Part shown: positions 10,490 through 19,000 of the stretch, in pieces
Position numbering within the stretch: position 1 is the first letter of the stretch
Layout: each line of letters begins with the position of its first letter
Assembly: GCA_964650645.1 (NCBI GenBank)
Contig: CAZYUH010000001.1
Span: 475,099 to 539,098, forward strand
Reading direction: 5' to 3'
Length of the DNA stretch: 64,000 nucleotides
Origin: an uncultured Candidatus Saccharibacteria bacterium
GTDB lineage: Bacteria; Patescibacteriota; Minisyncoccia; Phycocordibacterales; SBAW01
Translations under genes and position numbers: made by a program
Notes under the pieces: generated by a model
The model's input: the letters and a program-made list of their open reading frames with translations, nothing else
The model's database searches: none
Told to the model about the DNA's origin: nothing

Positions 10490-10526
10490 ATGAATCAGTA
10501 CTTCAACTCAAAAATAGGAGGGCCGC

Positions 10527-12305
10527 ATGGCCAAGCCAATCTACGTAAATGCGAAAGGTCAGCGCGTCGCTGAGGCTGATTCGGGCCAGTGGAGGGAAGT
10601 AAACGCTGCGGGCGAGCCGAAAGGCCCGTTCGCGGATTCTCCATTCAAGCATGGAGCCAATCCCCAGCCTGAATCATCGCCAGCTGCGCGAGCGGATGTG
10701 CCGGACGAAATCCGGCGCGTCGCTTCCGAGCTGGAATCGCTCAAAGCAAAGCTTAACGCCTTGCAGGAGTCGAAACCGGATCGCGGCCAGCTCAACCGGG
10801 CTGTCGAGGAGCTAGTAAGCCTCGCCAAGCAGGTGGGTGAACTGCGTGTCGCCTTTGGCGGCGCGGAACAGATCGAAGCGTTCGTTAAGAGCGTTGGCGA
10901 TCTGGCCGGGCAAATCCAAGAGCTGGACAAGCGCATCAACCAAGTCAGTGACAAGGTGGATGCCACTGCCGATACTCTCAATGAGGCCGGCAGAGGGGTA
11001 GTCGATCGCTTCAAGGCGGTTGAAGCCCGCATCAAGGAGCTCGAAAGCCGTCCGGCTGAAACCGTAGAACCTTCCAATCCTCACCCCCATACATCATCGC
11101 CCCGCGATGATGCGGGGCAAAAGAAGGAGGAGGCAATGCCTCAGACTGAGAATCGAACTGAGACGACGTCTAATTCCCAAGCTTCGCAACCGCCTCGCGG
11201 CGATGCGGGGCAAAAGGAGAAGTTCATGTCATCCTTCAGGTCTAATCCTATCGCGGTTTTCGGAGCTGCGGCGGTCGTTGCTTTCCTTGGCTGGTTGGTA
11301 TTCGGCTTCAGTCATGCGCCGCAGAAGGTAACGACCGCACTGGGCACCGTCGATAACGGCTCTGCCGTTGTTGCCGAGACCCCGGCCCAGCGCGACCGCC
11401 GCTTCGCGGAGATCGCGGGAGCGACCTTCGACCAGCGCATCCAGCCGATCGACAGGGACCTGGAGAAGCTCAAGTCAAAGACTGACGGCTTGACCAGCAA
11501 CCTTTCCGACCTGGGCACCCAGGTTGCCAAGGTTGAAAAGAGCGTCGCGTCGGGCATCGAGAAGGTGATGGCCCAGCTGGAGAAGGTGGTAAACGCCAAG
11601 ACGTCGTCCGATACGGACGAGGTCGAGGCCAAGCGCCTTGCCCAGATTAAGGCAGAATGTTTGCCTGATTCGGAAACGACGAAGGGCTTGGACCTGAAGA
11701 AGGACCTGCCCGAAGAAACGTTCCAGTCTGTCTTGCGCATCTGCCGCGCGGAGAAAGAGGAGAAGATGCGCCAGGCTCAGACGCCTGTCGGGTCCCTTCC
11801 TTCGCCTCAGGCGCGGACGCTTCCCGCGTCCGTGAACGCGGCGGACCTTCCCGAGGCTGCGGATGATTCGTCATTCCAGCCGCAGGGTGCCGATGCATCC
11901 GGGGATGCGGGGGACGGACAGTCCGCCGCTTCCTTGGGAGGCGACGACCTGACGGGGCCCTACGACCCCCGGACGGCCAAGGCAATGTCACCAGGCGTTG
12001 CGCACGTTGCGCAGGCGGGGTACATGGGCCCGGGCGTCGGCGGCCCCGGATTCGGACCTGTAGGTCCCGGGTTCGGGCCTGGTCCCCGCGGCGGCCGTAT
12101 CAGCGGTCCTCGGTGTCCTCGCGGAAGCGCCTTCAATCCGCGGTACGGGAAGTGCATCGGAACCCGATTGCATGATTTACCCGTATCTCCCCAGATGGGG
12201 CAAATACTCAGCACGTGCAGGGATATTGTCACGCGCGAAGTGTGGAAGAACGGACACCTCACCCAGCAGCAGAAGGGAATCGGCTGCCGGCGTCCGGCCT
12301 ACTAA
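10527..12305 (+). CDS. bitopic coiled-coil membrane protein (592 aa), internal duplicated PRxDAGQK motif, Gly/Pro- and Cys-containing C-terminus
   Basis: AGGAGGG RBS 5 nt before the ATG; heptad-like segments on both sides of the single TM (AVFGAAAVVAFLGWLVFGF); no homolog recognised. Confidence 0.6.
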   Translation: MAKPIYVNAKGQRVAEADSGQWREVNAAGEPKGPFADSPFKHGANPQPESSPAARADVPDEIRRVASELESLKAKLNALQESKPDRGQLNRAVEELVSLAKQVGELRVAFGGAEQIEAFVKSVGDLAGQIQELDKRINQVSDKVDATADTLNEAGRGVVDRFKAVEARIKELESRPAETVEPSNPHPHTSSPRDDAGQKKEEAMPQTENRTETTSNSQASQPPRGDAGQKEKFMSSFRSNPIAVFGAAAVVAFLGWLVFGFSHAPQKVTTALGTVDNGSAVVAETPAQRDRRFAEIAGATFDQRIQPIDRDLEKLKSKTDGLTSNLSDLGTQVAKVEKSVASGIEKVMAQLEKVVNAKTSSDTDEVEAKRLAQIKAECLPDSETTKGLDLKKDLPEETFQSVLRICRAEKEEKMRQAQTPVGSLPSPQARTLPASVNAADLPEAADDSSFQPQGADASGDAGDGQSAASLGGDDLTGPYDPRTAKAMSPGVAHVAQAGYMGPGVGGPGFGPVGPGFGPGPRGGRISGPRCPRGSAFNPRYGKCIGTRLHDLPVSPQMGQILSTCRDIVTREVWKNGHLTQQQKGIGCRRPAY

Positions 12306-12307
12306 CA

Positions 12308-12372
12308 GCTACCTGGAGCGGTTCGCCGCTCCAGTTCGGGGCTACTGTTTAAGTAGCCCCTCATTCTCTGAG
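12308..12372 (+). terminator. double-hairpin terminator (CTGGAGCGG-ttcg-CCGCTCCAG; GGGGCTACT-gttta-AGTAGCCCC + T-rich)
   Basis: Two perfect 9-bp hairpins then tcattctct. Confidence 0.6.
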
Positions 12373-12405
12373 CTTAATCTAACAATTGAGCCCGGAGCGT
12401 GAGTA

Positions 12406-12434
12406 TTGACAGTATTATCAAGGTCTTGTAAGTT
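12406..12434 (+). promoter_or_regulatory. sigma70-type promoter TTGACA-17-TAAGTT
   Basis: The track start 12406 is the TTG of the -35 hexamer; the real ATG is 12463, preceded by AGGAG. Confidence 0.65.
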
Positions 12435-12462
12435 GCGTGCGTTTATTAGGAGCGAATATAAT

Positions 12463-13524
12463 ATGACTACCATTATAAAGAACATCATCGGTGCAGCGTT
12501 CGCGCTCATGGCGCTCGCCCTCCCGGTCGGTTCCGCTTTCGCGGCCGATCTTGACCTGGGTAGCTATGACACCGGCTGGTCGGATACGGGTTACTACGAT
12601 TCATACGATGCGTCGTACGACAGCTACTACGACACCGGCTGGACGGACACCGGCTACTACGATACGTACGATGCGTCGTACGATACCGGCTGGGTCGACA
12701 CCGGCTACTACGATACGTACGATGCGTCGTATGACACTGGCTGGGTCGACACCGGCTACTATGACACCTACTCTCCGTCGTACAGCACCGGCTACTCGAT
12801 GCCTTCCTTCGGCGGGATGTCCTTCGGCGGCTCCTCGTTCGGCGGCGGCTACGGCTACGGGATGCCTTCGTTCGGCACGCCCAACTACGCCTACCGCCAG
12901 GCCAACTACCCCCAGTTCCTGCCCCCGTCCAATACGGTAGTCGAGACCAACACCTGCACCGACAACTCCTGCAACTACGTCGACAACAGCATCGTCGACA
13001 ACAGCGTGGTGGACAACAGCGTCGTCGACAACAGCGTCACCATAGAGAACTCCTTCAACAACCAGGAGAAGAAGCGCGAGCGCCGCGACGACTACTGCTA
13101 CGACTACAACTACGGCAACCAGCAGGGCTACGGCCAGCAGGGCTACACCTACGGCTCGTACGCTTACCAGGGCAACTGCTACAGCTACGCCGCCCCGATA
13201 CCGCTGCCGCCGGTCAACACCACCCCGTACATCACGCTCTCGCAGACCCCGTACACCGGCCTCGACCTCGGGCCCTTCGGCGAGGTGCTCTACTGGACCT
13301 TCCTCGTCCTGTGGTGCCTGGGCGCCGCGTACCTGGTCGTCGTCAAGCGCGTCCAGAACAGGCTCGTCGGCTTCCTTAACGGCTTCCTGTTCGGCGGCGC
13401 ATCCGCCGCGGCCGCAGCGCCCGCTGCCCGCGCCGCTCACGCTCCGCAGGCTGCCGCAGCATCCGCTCCGCTCGTAGAAGAGGGCATCGACCCCTTCATC
13501 ATGAGCCAGATCAAGCGCTCCTAA
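12463..13524 (+). CDS. secreted Tyr/Asp/Gly/Thr-rich tandem-repeat protein with C-terminal TM segment
   Basis: Signal peptide MTTIIKNIIGAAFALMALALPVGSAFA; 4 x 17-aa repeats (YDTGWxDTGYYDTYDAS); VDNS pentapeptide repeats; GY/YG-rich tract; TPYTG + hydrophobic + KR near the C-terminus. Confidence 0.65.
   Translation: MTTIIKNIIGAAFALMALALPVGSAFAADLDLGSYDTGWSDTGYYDSYDASYDSYYDTGWTDTGYYDTYDASYDTGWVDTGYYDTYDASYDTGWVDTGYYDTYSPSYSTGYSMPSFGGMSFGGSSFGGGYGYGMPSFGTPNYAYRQANYPQFLPPSNTVVETNTCTDNSCNYVDNSIVDNSVVDNSVVDNSVTIENSFNNQEKKRERRDDYCYDYNYGNQQGYGQQGYTYGSYAYQGNCYSYAAPIPLPPVNTTPYITLSQTPYTGLDLGPFGEVLYWTFLVLWCLGAAYLVVVKRVQNRLVGFLNGFLFGGASAAAAAPAARAAHAPQAAAASAPLVEEGIDPFIMSQIKRS
12571..12780 (+). repeat. 4 x 51-nt tandem direct repeats, coding (inside CDS 12463..13524)
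   Basis: Units tacgatacgtacgatgcgtcgtacgataccggctgggtcgacaccggctac, nearly identical at 12655-12705 and 12706-12756. Confidence 0.8.
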
Positions 13525-13597
13525 TCCCTACAGGGAAGCGCCGTCCGCTAGTCCTAACGTGCAGCGAATCCACTGCATGGCGAGTGCCCCGAGAAAC

Positions 13598-13625
13598 CCC
13601 CGCCCACGGCGGGGGTTTCGCCTTA
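13598..13625 (+). terminator. intrinsic terminator (AAACCCCCGCC-cac-GGCGGGGGTTT)
   Basis: GC hairpin + T-tract after the CDS ending 13524. Confidence 0.7.
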
Positions 13626-13654
13626 TTGCTATCTTCATGCAAGTCGGCTATTAT
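13626..13654 (+). promoter_or_regulatory. sigma70-type promoter TTGCTA-17-TATTAT
   Basis: Upstream of the ATG 13685 (RBS GGAAAGAG). Confidence 0.55.
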
Positions 13655-13684
13655 GGCGGCCATTAGCAGGAAAGAGCATATTTT

Positions 13685-14131
13685 ATGAAGAACTACGCGG
13701 TTTCAGCGGCATCGGCGCTCGCGCTCGCAATGGCGGTACTGGCCCCCTCGTCCGCCCTGGCCTATTGCAACGGGGCGGGGAGCACGTGCGTCCAGAGCAA
13801 CGCCTACTCGAAGCCGTACTACAACAGCCAGTACGTGAACCCGAACGCGTTCGCGGGGCAGTACGGAGGCTACGGCTACGGCGGGTACGCGCCGTACGGC
13901 GGCTATGGCGGGTTCGGCGGCTACTACGGGCAGGGCTACGGGTACGGCTACCAGCAGCCCCTGTACTTCCCGGTCTACAACACGACCTTCCCGGGCTACT
14001 ACGGGTTCGGCGGCTACTACGGCCAGAACTACGGGTACAACAATTACGCCTACAACTACGGATACGACTACGGCTATAACTACGGGTACGACTACGGCGG
14101 GTACGACTACGCCTACGATTACTGGTACTAG
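13685..14131 (+). CDS. small secreted Gly/Tyr-rich low-complexity protein (148 aa)
   Basis: Signal peptide MKNYAVSAASALALAMAVLAPSSALA; remainder about 60% G/Y with GYGYG, YGGY and NYGY repeats; own promoter and terminator. Confidence 0.6.
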   Translation: MKNYAVSAASALALAMAVLAPSSALAYCNGAGSTCVQSNAYSKPYYNSQYVNPNAFAGQYGGYGYGGYAPYGGYGGFGGYYGQGYGYGYQQPLYFPVYNTTFPGYYGFGGYYGQNYGYNNYAYNYGYDYGYNYGYDYGGYDYAYDYWY

Positions 14132-14145
14132 GTAAAGCGCGCCGG

Positions 14146-14176
14146 TCGCAAAAACCCCCGCCACAAAGGCGGGGGT
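14146..14176. terminator. bidirectional terminator (A5-CCCCCGCC-acaaa-GGCGGGGG-T5)
   Basis: Between convergent 13685..14131 (+) and thrS (-). Confidence 0.75.
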
Positions 14177-14185
14177 TTTTCTGGC

Positions 14186-15394
14186 CTAGCTGCGGGTTTT
14201 TATCTCGTCCGCGAGCCTCGTGACGATGTCCTGTATGGGAAACGCGCCCAGCTTGCCCTCGCGGCCTTCAAGGGTGACGGTGCCGGAGGCGACCTCGGCA
14301 TCGCCTATGACCATGAGGTAGGGGACCTTCGCGGTTTTCGCGTTGCGTATCTTCTTGCCGAGGCTCTCGCTTGAATAGTCGGCTTCGGCGCGGATGCCGG
14401 CCTCGCGCAGGCGCTCGAGCGTGTCCTGCGCGAACGCGGCGTGCGCCTCGCCTATGGGGATGACGATGGCCTGCACCGGCGAGAGCCATGTGGGAAGGAT
14501 GCCGTCGAGGTGTTCGAGCAGCACCGCGATGCACCGCTCGAGGGAGCCGGTGATGGCCGAGTGGATCATGACGATGCGCTCCTTTTTTCCTTCTTCATTG
14601 ATGCACGCGAGGTCAAAGCGCTCGGGCTGGTTGAGGTCGAGCTGGATGGTGGCGACCTGCCACTCGCGGCCCGCGGCGTTCTTGGCCATGAAGTCGAGCT
14701 TGGGGCCGTAGAGCGCCGCCTCGCCCGGGCCCTCGAAGAAGTCCGCGCCGCGCTCCACCGCTATCTCGCGCAGGGCGCCTTCGGCGCTGTCCCACACCGC
14801 GGGCGTGCCTATGTATTTTTCCGGCGCCGACGGATCACGGAACGAGAGGCGCACGCGGAGCGTGAACCCGAACTGGCGGTAGAAGCGGTCCACGATGTCC
14901 CAGATCTTCAGGAACTCGTCCTTTATCTGCGACGTGCGGCAGAATACGTGGCTGTCGTCCTGCGTGATGGACAGCACGCGCGTGAGGCCGCCGAGCTCGC
15001 CGGACTGCTCGTCGCGGTAGACCATGGTGGTCTCGGCGTAGCGCTGGGGCATCTCGCGGTAGGAGTGCGGCCGGCGCGCGAATATCTGCGTGTGGTGCGG
15101 GCAGTTCATGGGCTTGAGCGCGTACTCCTTTCCCTCGCGCGAGGTGATGCGGAAGAGGTCGTCGGAGAACTTGTCCCAATGGCCGCTCGTCTCGTACAGG
15201 CTCTTTTTGGTGATGTGGGGGATGGTGACGCGGTCGTAGCCGTGCGCGTTGCGCAGTTCCCAGACGAAGCGGTCTATTTCCTCGCGCACCACGGTGCCCT
15301 TGGGGGTCCACAGCGGGAGCCCCGAGCCCACCAGGTCGCTGAACGTAAAAAGGTCGAGCTCGCGCCCGATGGTCCTGTGATCGCGTTCTTCCAT
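14186..15394 (-). CDS. thrS: threonine--tRNA ligase, catalytic + anticodon-binding domains only (402 aa; no TGS/editing domain)
   Basis: RDHRTIGRELDLF, class II motifs (FRITSREGKEYALKPMNCPHH, FCR...GELGGLTRV); C-terminal anticodon-binding fold. Confidence 0.9.
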   Translation of the reverse strand: MEERDHRTIGRELDLFTFSDLVGSGLPLWTPKGTVVREEIDRFVWELRNAHGYDRVTIPHITKKSLYETSGHWDKFSDDLFRITSREGKEYALKPMNCPHHTQIFARRPHSYREMPQRYAETTMVYRDEQSGELGGLTRVLSITQDDSHVFCRTSQIKDEFLKIWDIVDRFYRQFGFTLRVRLSFRDPSAPEKYIGTPAVWDSAEGALREIAVERGADFFEGPGEAALYGPKLDFMAKNAAGREWQVATIQLDLNQPERFDLACINEEGKKERIVMIHSAITGSLERCIAVLLEHLDGILPTWLSPVQAIVIPIGEAHAAFAQDTLERLREAGIRAEADYSSESLGKKIRNAKTAKVPYLMVIGDAEVASGTVTLEGREGKLGAFPIQDIVTRLADEIKTRS

Positions 15395-15469
15395 ACGTAT
15401 CTCAATACTACATCGATTTTCCCGTTTGGAAAGATAAAAGCGCCGGCCCGTCAGGGCCGGCGCTCCGGC

Positions 15470-15682
15470 TTACGCCAGCGCCGCTTCTTCTTCCTGCCCG
15501 CGCTTCGCGCGCCCGCAATGGGTGCGCCATGCCGCGAACAGCTCGTCGCGCTGCTTTTCCGTGCGGACGAATCCCATGCGCGCCGGCAGGCAGCCGGGAC
15601 ACACCGTTTCTTCGTAGGCGCCGCCGAACAGGTACTTCTTGGCGCATTCTCCGCATTCCCGATACTCCAGACGCTTGCTCAT
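15470..15682 (-). CDS. small zinc-ribbon protein (70 aa; CGEC...CPGC)
   Basis: ATG 15682 preceded by GGGAGGAAGCG; flanked by hairpin terminators at 15436-15463 and 15760-15790. Confidence 0.45.
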   Translation of the reverse strand: MSKRLEYRECGECAKKYLFGGAYEETVCPGCLPARMGFVRTEKQRDELFAAWRTHCGRAKRGQEEEAALA

Positions 15683-15795
15683 CGCTTCCTCCCCGCGCCG
15701 TGCTTCCTCGTCTGAGAACCGTTATACCACCCCGGAAGTGTCCAAGGAAAAGAAAAGGCCGGCCCCTGTGGAGAGGCCGGCTGCTTTGCGGGGAC

Positions 15796-15948
15796 TCAGC
15801 ATCCCCGAACGATATCCCCGAGGTCTCCGCTGCGGTTGAGCCGGACCCGCTCTTCGAATACTTTTCTCATCTTCTGCTCGAGGCTTTCTTCCTTCTCCGT
15901 TTGACGGTCTTTCAGCGGCGAATCGGCGCGTTCTTGCTTCCGTATCAT
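15796..15948 (-). CDS. small charged protein (50 aa, MIRKQERADSPLKDRQTEKEESLEQKMRKVFEERVRLNRSGDLGDIVRGC)
   Basis: Below the track's length cut-off. ATG 15948 with GGAGAG 5 nt upstream; consensus promoter 15984-16012 upstream; hairpin terminator 15760-15790 downstream. Confidence 0.4.
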   Translation of the reverse strand: MIRKQERADSPLKDRQTEKEESLEQKMRKVFEERVRLNRSGDLGDIVRGC

Positions 15949-15983
15949 CGCACTCTCCGTGCTGTAGTAGTGAACCTGTGTTA

Positions 15984-16012
15984 ATTATACTCCCGTTTAC
16001 GCAAAAAGTCAA
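15984..16012 (-). promoter_or_regulatory. consensus promoter on minus strand TTGACT-17-TATAAT
   Basis: + strand shows attata (15984-15989) and agtcaa (16007-16012) with a 17-nt spacer. Confidence 0.65.
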
Positions 16013-16078
16013 TATCCCTCTAACAAAGTTGTATCAAGGTTCAACCTTGATATGGGTGGCTTTGATAGGGGTGCGGAG

Positions 16079-19000
16079 TTACAGGGCCTTGAGCGCCTCG
16101 GTGACTATCGAGAACTCGCCGTTGCGGTTGGAGATGCGGCCCTTTATCGCGATGCAGGCGTCGGGGCGCAGGATGGGCTTGTACTCGGCGTAGCTCTTGG
16201 GGAAGACCACTGCTTCGACCGCGCCCGAGAAGTCGGCAAGCTTTATAAACGCCATCTGGTCGCCATTCTTGGTAAGCAGAACGCGCAGGCTCTCTATCAT
16301 GCCGGCGACCACGGTGGTGGTGCCGGGGTAGGAGCGCTCCTTTATCTGCGCGAGGTTGAGGGGGCGCCGGTCGAGCTTCTCCTTGAACTTGTCCAAAGGG
16401 TGGCCCGAAACGTAGAGGCCCAGCAGCTCCTTCTCCCACGCGAGGCGCTGGTCCTGGGTCGCGGGCGGGGCCGGCGGCACGCGTATCTCGCTCATGCCCT
16501 CGACGTCGGCGAAGAGGGAATCGTGCATCTTCTCGGCGCCGGCGTCGCGGTGGTACTGCAGGAGCTGCTCGATGTGCGCGAGCATCGCGCCGCGCTCGCC
16601 CATGGAGTCGAGCGCCCCGCACATGATGAGGCTCTCGAGCCCCTTCTTGTTGAGCCCGTTGTCGGTGACGCGGGTAAGGAAGTCCGACAGCGAGGCGAAG
16701 GGGCCGTTCGCGCGCCGCTCATTGATGATGGAGTCGGCCACGCCGCGGCCGAAGTTCTTTATGGAATAGAGGCCGAAGCGGATGGAATCGGGGGAGGCCG
16801 GGGAGGTTTCGGAAGCTGTAGGCGTGGCGGAAGCAACAGGTGCCCCGGCGACGCTATCCTCCTCTCTTGCGGATCGGAGCGTCGCCGAAACACCTGTTGC
16901 TTCCGCCGGGCTTGCAGTCTCTGCCTTGCCTGCCGGAGCGCTCCCCAGTATCACCGTGAAGTCGCCGAAGGACTCGTTGACGTCGGGCGCGAGCATGGGG
17001 ATGCCCATGCGCTTGCACTCGGCGACCATGACGGACACCTTCTCCACGTCGCCCGCTTCCGCCGTGAGCACCGCGGTCATGTACTCGACCGGGTAGTTGG
17101 CCTTCATGTAGGCGGTCTGGTAGGAGACGCGCCCGTAGCTCGCAGAGTGCGCCTTGTTGAAGCCGTACGCGGCGAAGGGCTCAATCCATGCCCACACCTG
17201 CTCTGCCTTCTTCTGCGGCCACCCGGAATGCTCGACGCATCCCTTGATGAACTTCTCGCGCTGGGCGGCCATCTCCTCGGGGATCTTCTTGCCGACCGCC
17301 TTGCGGAACTTGTCCACCTCGCCCCAGCTGTAGCCCGCCAGCTGGTTGGCCATGATGAGCAGGTCGTCCTGGTACACGAGGATGCCGTAGGTCTGCCTGA
17401 GGATGGGCTCCATCGCGCGGTCGAGGTAGCGGATGAGCGCGGGGTTGTGCTTGCGCTCGATGTACTGCGGGATGAACTGCATCGGGCCCGGGCGGTAGAG
17501 CGCCACCATCGCGTTGATGTCGTGGATGGTCGTGGGGCGCAGCTCCTTGAGGAAGCGCGTCATGCCCGAGCCGTTGAGCTGGAACGTGGCCTCGGTCTCG
17601 CCGCGCGTGAGCATGTCGAAGGTGCGCTTGTCGTCCAGAGGTATCGCCTCGATGTCTATCCTTTCGCCGCGCGTGCGCTCCACGAGGTTGACCGCGTTGG
17701 CGAGGATGGTGAGGTTGCGTATGCCGAGGAAGTCGAACTTGGTGAGCCCCGCGCCGTCCTCGCCCACGGAGTACATGTCGTACTGCGTGATTATCTTGCC
17801 GCCCTTGGGGTCGAGCTGGAGCGGCGCGAACTCCACCAGCGGCACGGGCGAAATGACGACGCCCGCGGCGTGCACGCCCACGTGGCGCGCGCACCCTTCT
17901 ATCTTCTGGCCGAGGCCTATTATCTCGCGCACCTGCGGGTCGGCCTTGTGCATCTTCGCGAGCTCGGGGTTCTCCTGCATGGCGCGCTCGAGCGTCATGG
18001 GGAAGCCCTGGCTGCCCATCGGGATTTCCTTGGCTATCGCGTCGCCCAGGCCGTAGGGCAGGCCCAGCGCGCGGGCAACGTCGCGCACGACGCCGCGCGC
18101 GAGCATGGTGCCGAAGGTGCCTATCTGCGCCACATGCTCCGTGCCGTACTTGGCGCGGGCGTAGTCTATGACCTCGTCGCGCCTGTCGTCGGCGAAGTCC
18201 ATGTCGATGTCGGGGGCCGAGGGGCGCTCGGGGTTGAGGAAGCGCTCGAAGGGGATCTTGTAGGAAAGCGGCTCGATCTTGGTTATCCGCAGGAGGTAGG
18301 TGACCATGGAGCCCGCGACCGAGCCGCGGATGTTGGTGTAGATGTCGTTCTCGCGCGCGAAGCGTATGAGGTCCTCCACCACCAGGAAGTACGCCGCGTA
18401 GCCCTTGAACTTGATGATGCCCAGCTCGTACTCGAGCCGCTCCATGACGTCGTCGCGGCCCTCGAGCCCGCGCGGCCTGAGGCCCGCCAGGCACAGCTCG
18501 CGCAGGCGGTCGTCGGCGGTCACGCCCTCGGGCAGGGCGAAATGGGGGAACACGAACTTGCCGAGCGTGAGCTCCAGATTGCACTTTTCCGCGATCTCGA
18601 GCGACGCCTTCAGCGCCTCGTCGCCGAGCTTCGCGCGCATCTCGCTTTCGTTCAGGAACGAGTAGTCTATCTCCTCGCCGTCCATGGTCATGCCGTCGTC
18701 CGCCGGGCCGCGGTTCTCTATCGCGCGCATCGTCTCCCATGCGCGGCGGTCCTCCGGGGAAAGGTAGTACGTCTCGTGCGTCGGCATGATGTAGAAGTCG
18801 CCGCCCCAGCGCTTCCTGTGCGCGGCGCTCAGGGACGACTCCGCCCGCTCGAGTGCGACGAGGCCGCCCGCGCGCGCGTCGAGCATCGCGGCGGTGATGG
18901 GGCGGCCCTGGGGGTCCTCGATGTGCGACTCGGTGACGAGCTTCATGAGGTTCTTGTAGCCCTCGAGGTCCTTGGCGTAGAGCAAAATCCGGTGGTGGTC

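Noticed and set aside
12571-12780. Regular 51-nt direct repeats, considered as a possible CRISPR array
   Set aside because: Units are contiguous with no spacers, sit in frame inside a signal-peptide-bearing ORF and encode a 17-aa repeat; a coding tandem repeat, not CRISPR.
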